Shown here piece after piece: positions 54,120-64,000 of a DNA stretch of 64,000 nt (position 1 is its first letter; every line of letters starts with the position of its first letter). The notes under the pieces were generated by a model. The model was not told the origin of the DNA. It saw only the letters and a list, made by a program, of their open reading frames with translations, and searched no databases. The DNA is from Octopus sinensis (Eukaryota), in assembly GCF_006345805.1 (NCBI RefSeq), contig NC_042997.1, forward strand, positions 104,656,001 through 104,720,000, written 5' to 3'. The position numbers were made by a program, and so were the translations under genes.

Positions 54120-54298
54120 TTATTTTATAGAATTAATAAATTAATTTACTCTGCTATGTATTGAGTACCTTATTGACTGTGGTTAACCCCGACTCAACCC
54201 GGGATCCTATAATATATATATATATATATATAATATATATATATATACATATACACATATATATACTATACATATATAATATATATATTATATATATA

Positions 54299-54342
<44 letters not shown>

Positions 54343-55404
54343 ATATATATACATGCATATATAAAACGAGGTTGTACCCTTTTTGGGTATATAATGTGTA
54401 GCCATATATGTCAGCCTTTAAAAATAAACGTGATAAACTGTAAAAAGACTAAAAATTTAAAACGACTCTATTTTCTCTTGATTTAAACTAATAGTACGTA
54501 TGGATTTGTCCATAGGTTTTGCTTGATCGGAGCTGACCTGGTGTTAAACAGCTACAACAACGAAGCCATCACCGCCTGCACCACCATCACATAATAAAAC
54601 AACAACAAGGATAATTTTTGCCCGACAACACATTCCAGACTACCCAGTTATGTGAATATACTGTTTCGAGTAATTATTGAAACACGAAAAATAAGAGAAA
54701 CACCTTTGTGCTGCATTGTCGGGGTATTTAAGTCATAAGTCAAGATCATTTTGCAGTAAACGATATAAGAAAAATCGTTCATCAACAGTGGCAGGAAGAT
54801 TCATTAGCAAGATATCAATTCCCCATGTCAAACTAACTAAATTATCATCTAACACGTAATTGTGCCAGGAGATAATCTCACACCTATTGCATAGTTTTAG
54901 TTTGCTGTATAGTAAAATGCAACCCTCGTTTAACAATTATCAGCTTGTTATTCCAGTAGAATCATTAATATTTATCACGTCTCTATGCCAAAATAATTCA
55001 TTAACAACCAATAATGTTGATAATAAGTTGATAGTGTTACACAGTTTGAAATGTGGGAAGGAAAGACACATTGTTATTAGTTGTAGTATTAGTCATAGAA
55101 GTTCTAGTACTATTAGCAGTATTACCAATAAGCACTATGTTGTGCGGAAGAATATCGGTACAGCACTGGATACGATAGCTTTGCGTCATTTATTTGCGTT
55201 TCCTCTGTTTTCTTATCTTACCAAGGTCAAATTTGATTCACTAAAATACATACCAGTCAATTCTGCGGCCTTTATAATTACAGTCGTTAATTACAGCCAA
55301 AAACAAAACAGGCCAGCCCGTGCCTGTATTAAAAATCATCATCATCATCATCGTCGTCGTCGTCATCATCATCATCATCATCATCATCCATTTCATTATT
55401 ATTG

Positions 55405-55990
55405 AGCTTCATAAACTGGTTCTGCTAGCCCCTAGCTCTTTTCTCATATCTTCCACAAATAATCTCTCTTGCCATTCTTGGGTTCACCTTCTTCACTTTC
55501 GTACATCTACCATGAATGCATTTCCCACATTTCGTATACAACACCGTCGCACTCATCAGAAAAAGGTCAACCGCATAAGTATCTCCATTATCAATCCCAC
55601 TCTTGCACTCTCCGTCACCACATCTATCACTCTTGCAAACAACAACGGTAACAGCGCAGATCCCTGATGCACGCCAACTTTCACCGCAAACACCTCCGTC
55701 AGCTCGGATCCAACAATTAACTCTTGTCTTTACCCCCTTCATACAAACTCCTTACTGTCGTACACATCTAATACACAACTCTTCCTCAATACTCACTTAG
55801 TCACCTTCCTTGGAGCCCTATCAGATACCTTTTCCAGATCAACGAAGCACATGTACAACTCCTTCTTATCTTGGTATACCTCTTGCAATCTCCTTACAAT
55901 GAACACTACATCTATTGTCCCCTTTCTTGGCATAAAACCAAATTGTATCTCGTCCACATCTACCGTTTTCCGAATTCTCCGACTTACCAT
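55405..55990 (-). mobile_element. Decayed RTE-clade LINE fragment (RT plus PHD-like remnant)
   Basis: DEIQFGFMPRKGTIDVVFIVRRLQE..LYMCFVDLEKVSDRAPR is a LINE RT motif; downstream TKCGKCIHGRCTKV..IICGRY resembles a PHD finger. Confidence 0.75.
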
Positions 55991-56287
55991 CATAAGGTAA
56001 GTCATGCTTGCGAGACCCAGGAGGAGGGTTTGCACCTTTCTTCTTGAAGCTGACAGGTGCAGCCCACCCCAACCTTAGGGCTGGTTGGTGCCCATGTTTT
56101 TTTGGTGTTGTCATGAGGCTTTTTCGGAGTTGGATTTTCTACGTTGTACATGCTCTTGCTTACCCGCAACCTCAGTTCCTGGACACGAGTGCTCGCGAGA
56201 CCAAGGCCTCTACCATGATTTTAAAGAAATGTGGTAGCTCGGGAAGGCAAGGACGCTACTCCTTGAGATCCCTTTTGGAGCCCCCGT

Positions 56288-56343
<56 letters not shown>

Positions 56344-57138
56344 CTTTTTCACTTTTTCACTTTTTCTCTTCCCGAGCGTTATACTAATACATCTGTTTGT
56401 TCTCTACACCACCTGTCTTCGTCTTTTGTTTTTTTTTTTGTGAATTCTCCTCCTATATATCGTGTTTGTTGCACACACACACACACACACACGTCTTTGC
56501 TAGTATATACGCAGTGAAGCTTTACAATAGCGTCGTATTTGTATTGATTGCTGTTTTTCCAGTAAATAATGGTGCCTTGTTTTACCACTCATCATATATA
56601 TATATAACAAAAACTAACATCATAAACACTTTAAACGACATTCAAGTTGTAGAAAACTGAAAACTCATTTGTCTTATTGACTAAATCTTGCTATATAATA
56701 TAATGTCTTTTGCTTCTCTGAATTAGGAAGCTACGTACCACTCTATCCCCCATTTCTTTGATAGAACCACCTTTCATCCATTCATCATCGATGCTTGGCT
56801 TGTATATTTTTAGTGCTATATATTACAATTGGTTGCACCTGTAAATAGATTTTTCATAGACATAATGTGACTTTTTATGTTATTTTCAATAATGTAATGT
56901 GCTTTAAAAAGTTTGTTAACCATTATATACTCGATAACTCCATCAAAGTAGGTTTGGTCTCGTCAGACACTGTGGCTAAACTTCGAAGTCAGTGCCAACT
57001 TATCTTTGGAAACAATACACACACAGACATATACACAAACACAGACACACACACATACGTACGTACGTACATACATACTTACATATATACATACATACAT
57101 ACATACATACATACATTTACAGGCGCGCGCAAGCACAC

Positions 57139-57217
<79 letters not shown>

Positions 57218-57218
57218 T

Positions 57219-57590
57219 AGTTCAAATTTACAGAAAATACGAAGACAAGTGTAGGAACAACAACTATGTATATTAGTTTAACGTTCAGGAAGAATGGAAA
57301 AGTCTTATACGTTTCGAGCTTCTGCTCTTCGACAGAAAGGATTAAGAGGGAAAAAAGCACAGAAAGTAAAAAAATGTCCAGAGTTCAACTCGCCGGCCTT
57401 CGCCATGATAGATCGCTAGCCACCACACATTCTTTATTTTCTCACCTTGTTTCTTTCTGTGTTCCTTTCTGGGGAAGAGCGTAGGCTCGAAACGTTAAAT
57501 ACTTTTTCACTTCCCGCATCTTATACTAATACATCTGTTTGGTGTCTACACCACCAGTCTTCATCCTTTGTTTGTTTGTGAATTCGCTCC

Positions 57591-57592
<2 letters not shown>
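57219..57592. mobile_element. Divergent inverted pair of pLTR-like repeats with hammerhead-like motifs
   Basis: 57303-57340(-): CTTT-CTGTCGA-A-GAGC-AGAA-GCTC-GAAAC-GTA-TAAG; 57466-57499(+): TTT-CTGGGGA-A-GAGC-GTAG-GCTC-GAAAC-GTT-AAA; outer ends in (GATA)n and (TA)n. Confidence 0.65.
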
Positions 57593-57647
<55 letters not shown>

Positions 57648-57954
57648 TTATACATTTATATACGCAAGAGCTTACTGTGGATAAGGCTCCGTGGTGTTCG
57701 ATTATAAATTAATAAAAAATATGCATTACGTACAGGACATCAGCAACGAGCGAAAAACATATAAACACACAAGAGATAAGTGCAGGACAAAAAAGTACCA
57801 AAAAGTACACAATAAGAACATGACATCAACAACGGGTGAAAAATACGTAAACACACACACACACACACACACTCACACACATATATATATATATGCGTAT
57901 GTGTGTTAATGTACATAGATATCTCAAAAGAAAAATAGATACGAGTATTCTTAA

Positions 57955-58290
57955 GATTTCGCCTTTTTTGAATATTTGCTGGTCGATGATGAGGTTCCCT
58001 TCTAGCTTCTCTACCGTAATATCCATGTTGATGGAGATACTCCACAACAATACTCCGACTCATTTGGAGTTGCTCTGCAATATTAGCTGCCTTACAACGG
58101 GTATTATTTTCAGTTATACGCTTGAGAGCCCAGAGGGCCCAGGTGGAGTTAAGAGATATTCTGTTGTATCCTTTGCTGGTGATTGGTACAACCACTCAGT
58201 TAAACGTGGTAAGAGGAATCCCAAGACCTTGTGCAATCTTACGCTGGATAAGTTAACCATAAATTTAAACTTCACACAATTCTAATGCTT
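57955..58290 (-). mobile_element. Tc1-like transposase N-terminal fragment
   Basis: ALKRITENNTRCKAANIAEQLQMSRSIVVEYLHQHGYYGREARREP..NIQKR resembles the second HTH and ARRKP linker of Tc1 transposases. Confidence 0.7.
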
Positions 58291-58993
58291 CTGGTGTTCG
58301 CACCATGTCTAGTTGCTACAAACAATTATTATACTCGAATCTGGAAGGAAAAATAACAATACATTAACGCGTTTGAATCACCAAGTAGTTTCCATACAGT
58401 TAAAACAATGTAATGAGGTGTGTCGCTTTACTCTTGAGATGGTGGTGTACATGACTATGTGTTTGTGTGTGATTCTGCGTGTGAGTGTACGTGTGGATGT
58501 ATAAAGAGTGTGTGTGTTTCTATGTATGCGTGTGTGGGGGATGTGTGTGCGTATGTCTGTGTGTATTTAGCTTTGCGTGAGAGAGAGAGAGAGAGAAAGA
58601 GAGAGATGGAGAGAGACAGAGAGCAGATACCACCTCGCCTCTACTTCTAATTTTGTTCACTACACAATTTGACGTCTCTTTTACATACAAATCAACTCGC
58701 TGGACCTTCAAGAAAGTCAGTTGTTACTGTTACTAATTACGAGGGATTTAAATGACTGCAATTTCGTAATGGCGCCGTTGCTGGTAATATCCCTGCAATA
58801 TCTCATTTGTAGCTCGTACTTTGATTAAGATACATCCAGCCATAGAGTGCTAAGCATCTTGGTCACTCTATGACTATATTTGTCATTGAGTCAATGTATG
58901 TATGTAGTGGTATGTACACTTTCTGCTGTTATAACTATAATCCCACCTATGTAGGACTCTCATGCTTACACGCATATTCATTCGGTCTACCTT

Positions 58994-59076
<83 letters not shown>

Positions 59077-59077
<1 letters not shown>

Positions 59078-59223
59078 ACTTCCCCCCTTTTTGTCCTCTT
59101 TCTTTCCCTTTACGATCCCTTTTGATCGAAAACCAAACCCCCTTTTTTTTACCCCCAAAACAAAAGCTCTACCTTGTAATTTGTCCTGTCTGTGTGCAGC
59201 CCTGTGTGGCTAATAAAGAAACA
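59077..59223 (+). mobile_element. 3' terminal fragment of the same Tx1-like LINE inside (TATC)n
   Basis: TTTACGATCCCTTTTGATCGAA..AAAAGCTCTACCTTGTAATTTGT..CTGTGTGCAGCCCTGTGTGG..AATAAAGAAACATATC matches the reverse complement of 52921-53085. Confidence 0.85.
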
Positions 59224-59251
59224 TATCTATATATCCATCCATCTATCCATC

Positions 59252-59370
<119 letters not shown>

Positions 59371-60546
59371 AAGCTATCTGCCCCCGCCTCTCTCTCTCTC
59401 TAACTGTCTCTTCTCTCTCTTCCTCTCTTTCTTTCTCCTGATCTTGCCTTATCTTTAGATGAATATGAAACGATAGAGGTAGAAAACAAAGAGAGAAAGA
59501 GTAATAGAAGAAAATAAGGGGGGTAATCGAGAGAGTAATAGAAGCAGAAAGCAAAAAGGAAGAGGAAATAAGGACAGAGAGGGATTTAGAGAAGGTGAGG
59601 TGGATAGATCAGAGAAAAGATTACCCAAACATAGGGAACTAACAAAGAGCAACATATAGAGAAAGATTAGAGAGAAATCGTAGGAGAGCTAGTTTAAAGC
59701 AGAGAGATAAAAGCTGTTAATATGAATATAAATAAACAATCTACGTTGTGTTTCTTTTTAAACTATGATTAAAATTTCGTGTTAGAATGGTACATTCTCT
59801 AAATCAGGACAGGTATCTCACGATGTTTTTCATTGTTTGCTCTTCAAAGAACAGCATCCAATGAAAAATATCTAAAAGATGAAGAGCAAAAACAAAAAAA
59901 AGAAACAAACAAAAAATAATAATTTGGTTGTCTCAAAAGACGTCATTTTTCATTTTAATTGATTGATTATCTCCCTATTGGTGAACATTTAAATATTTAA
60001 TACTCTCGCATTGAAATAGACTTCCATTACTAAAACGAATCGTCCTTCGTTCTTTCCTCTTTTATATTTTATTTCTTTTTTCTCAATGTTTTTATTTTCC
60101 GTTTCATACATTCATTTTCTTTTTTTTTCCTTTGGCTCATATTGTTTGTTGAAGTCTTTATTCATGAGTGTTTGTTGTTTGTTTTTCTTTGTCCTTTTTT
60201 TATGTGTTTCTATTATATTTTAATTTTGTCACCGAGTTCCACTGATTAATCTATCAGTTTACATCAATAGTGTGTAACTTTTCCGCTTTTATTTTTATTT
60301 TCATTTTGCTCTTCTCTTTCACTTTTACTTTCACTTTCAGTTTCCAACATAAAATCAAATTTATTTATTAATTTTCATTGTGCTTCCTTTCAAAAATATT
60401 AAAATAGATGCCTACTTAGCTATGTTATATTATTCAATATGCAAACTGTTGTTCATGTTCTTTATGTGTTTATTTCCTATCATATAGGTGTTTCAGATGT
60501 GTGTGTATCATGTGCCTTGGTTCGTGAGTCAGTTTTACAATGTTTG

Positions 60547-60678
<132 letters not shown>

Positions 60679-60699
60679 ATATATATAAATACATATATA

Positions 60700-60743
<44 letters not shown>

Positions 60744-60987
60744 ATATACATGTATGTTTGTATGTATTATACACATATATATAGATTTGTGTGCATGTGT
60801 ATATGAAGAGAGGGTTGTAGAAGCATGTGATTTACTTAGATTTTATTGCCCTTTATCCGGTTAAATTTTTGAAAAAATAGGCGATGTACAATGGAAGTTG
60901 TTTGTTAACTAGCTGTGATTACAAGGGATGTCTTTTGTCTATGTATTTTCTGCGAGCATATATGCACACGAAAATAAATACATGCAC

Positions 60988-61034
<47 letters not shown>

Positions 61035-61344
61035 TATGTATGTGTATACACATAGGCTTGTACTCATATATGTCTATATTAATTTACGCATACATAAGTG
61101 TATATATATATACATATATATAAATATGATTTTATTTATGCAGTACATACACACACTGTACATATAATTTTATTTATATATATGTACGTGTGTGTGTGTA
61201 TGCACACATGTATGTCCGTGTGTATGTATTAATAGTTATGTCCATATTTTTATATGAGTATATGGTTGGATGTATATACATTTTTGTTTACGAGTGTATA
61301 TATATTTCCGTGTGTATATGTGTCTGTGTCTGCACAGTTGGTGA

Positions 61345-61389
<45 letters not shown>

Positions 61390-61673
61390 CATGTGATTTA
61401 TTGATTTTTCTCTATCATCGTTTGTCTTTTCCCGTGTAGCAGTTTTATCAGTATTGTTACATTACATAGATTTTAATAATCACTATCACCACCACGACAC
61501 CCAAAACCACCACCACCACCACCATCATCATCACCATCGCCATCACCATCACCATCATCGTCATCATCATCATCATCATCATCATCATGATGGTGACAGT
61601 GACACTAATAGCAACAACCTCCATCATTATCGTCGCCTATATCATAAACACATGTTATGTCTTCATGCTGCTG

Positions 61674-61732
<59 letters not shown>

Positions 61733-61894
61733 GCCACCAATAATAATAATAAGAAGAAGAAGACTGCTAATAATGATAATGACGATGATAATAATGTCAT
61801 CATTAATTATAACAAAATAATACTAAAAATGACAATAAAAATAAGAATATAAATTATTCTTATTATCATTATCCTCTTCTTTCATTTTATCAGT

Positions 61895-62200
<306 letters not shown>

Positions 62201-62465
62201 CAGCAGCAACAACAACGACAGTAATTATCGTTCCTTTTCAGTTCCAATAATGAACATTAATTTAATAGCATCAACAGCACAAACCCCCGCATCCAACATT
62301 ATTTAACTGCCGCTATTACTACACCTACTATTACTACAACTATCAGCACACCAACAACCATCAATACAACCACACCACCACCACCGCTACTACTACTACT
62401 ACAACTACTACTACTATTACTAGTAGTAATAGTACTAGTAATAGTAGTAGTAGTAGTAGTAGTAA

Positions 62466-62524
<59 letters not shown>

Positions 62525-62915
62525 AGCTTACAGGCATTATTTTCCTCTGAGCTAACTTCCTATTCTTCCTTGATGTGATAATATCATGTGGAATATGAAA
62601 TAAATGAAACAAAACAGAGTGTAGAGCGGGAGAGCGGGAAGAGATTGATGATATAGATGGTGGGAGGCTTAGAATCCCTGAGCGTTGTGTTAGGTTATTA
62701 ATAAAAAGGATGTTAAATTGTAGTGAAAGTAGTTGGAGATAGAGATACATGAAGTACAAACATTTCATGCATAATAACAACAACGCCACAATAGAATAAT
62801 TCCTGTAACGACATCATATAACAACAACAACTAGAATAATAATGTGTATAATAGTAATATATGCCACGGTGCATGAATAAGGACAGTATTAAAGGGTAGA
62901 TTGTGTACGATGTTA

Positions 62916-63299
62916 TCGATATGTATAAATCTAAAGTTATTTGTCTGTGGCAGGTTTGATAGCCTACAACTAATACTATCTCCTCCGAGACACTGCGGCG
63001 CAAGTTGACCAAAATTGAGAGTATGATAGAAGGTTTGCTCTTCATTCCGTAGAAGATAAAATTCAAATCAGACTATGTTAACACCAAAAATTATTTACAT
63101 CAAAAAGGAAAAAGGTGCTTTTTATCTATGAAAATCCCTATTTTTTTACTGCAGTGTCGCCATTTTTCGGTGTATTTCACCCAGAAAAATGTTCATTTAA
63201 AGAGAATAACAAGCTACGTAATGCAAAATTTTTACTTTTCAAAAATCCGAATTTTAAAGGGTCGAAACAAACCCGAGCAACGCTGCACAATACTGCTAG
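62916..63299 (+). mobile_element. Non-autonomous Helitron
   Basis: A|TCGATATGTATAAA..TGTCTG..GTTGACCAAAATT..; 3' end ACCCGAGCAACGCTG (decayed hairpin) CACAATACTG-CTAG|T; inserted between A and T with no TSD. Confidence 0.7.
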
Positions 63300-63805
63300 T
63301 AATGTGATAAAATACACTACAATGCGATTCATTATCATCTGTGAAAATCTGGTGTTCTCCGCACAGTCCGCCAGGTTCAGCCTTCACATGGAAGGCAGAC
63401 AAACCCTAGCTCACCGAGTGTTTGTGAGTCGTTGGCTAATCATACCATGGTTTAGCAGGCCTCTGGAAGCCGTTGACCGGAATGTGACCGTTGTTTCAAG
63501 CAGGCAGCTTAGAGGAACTAAAGGTGAGAGCTGTGTGTTATTTGCGGGTATCAAACTATTATGATCTGTTTCGAATTACGCCGAATCACACCGAACTACA
63601 CCGAGGAGCACTACATGTCCACCCGACGGGGGTACTACCTCAGCCGGACAACCCATGTACCCCATGTAGCAGTTTTATCACCATCTTTACATTGCATAGA
63701 TGTCTATAATCACCATCATCATCATCATTATGGCAACAGCGACACTAATAGCCATAATTTCCATCATTATCGTCACCTATATCATAAAGACATGCTATGC
63801 TGCTT

Positions 63806-63850
<45 letters not shown>

Positions 63851-63899
63851 TACTACTACTACTGCTACTACTACTACTACCACCACCACCACCACCACC

Positions 63900-63946
<47 letters not shown>

Positions 63947-64000
63947 AAATACTACTACTACTACTACTAATAATAATAATAATAATATTACGTTCTAATG

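Overview
AT-rich, microsatellite-saturated eukaryotic non-coding DNA (intergenic or a very large intron) with one 100-N gap. The SINE repertoire and repeat density look like a cephalopod (octopus) genome; this is inferred from recalled SINE motifs, not from a database search. I found no host protein-coding gene, rRNA, tRNA or CRISPR array. Almost all ORFs in the track are translations of simple repeats, and the rest are decayed transposon proteins. Identifiable elements: three tRNA-derived SINE families in many copies; Tc1/mariner remnants (a TIR-to-TIR DD36E element, a DD37D/maT, a mariner and a Tc1 fragment); R4/Dong-like RLE LINEs in (TAA)n, one with a 5' inversion; a Tx1/L1-clade LINE whose two copies both abut (TATC)n; an RTE LINE with a PHD-like remnant; non-autonomous Helitrons; and MITEs. 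The most notable unannotated signal is a set of about 13 minimal type I hammerhead-ribozyme-like motifs (stem I, C(T/C)GANGA, stem II, GAAA, palindromic stem III, NUH, stem I) in several unrelated short elements, mostly inserted in (TA)n. They often occur as inverted pairs, the architecture of Penelope-like pLTRs. One is a 324-bp near-perfect palindrome whose apex appears to be the hammerhead stem II.
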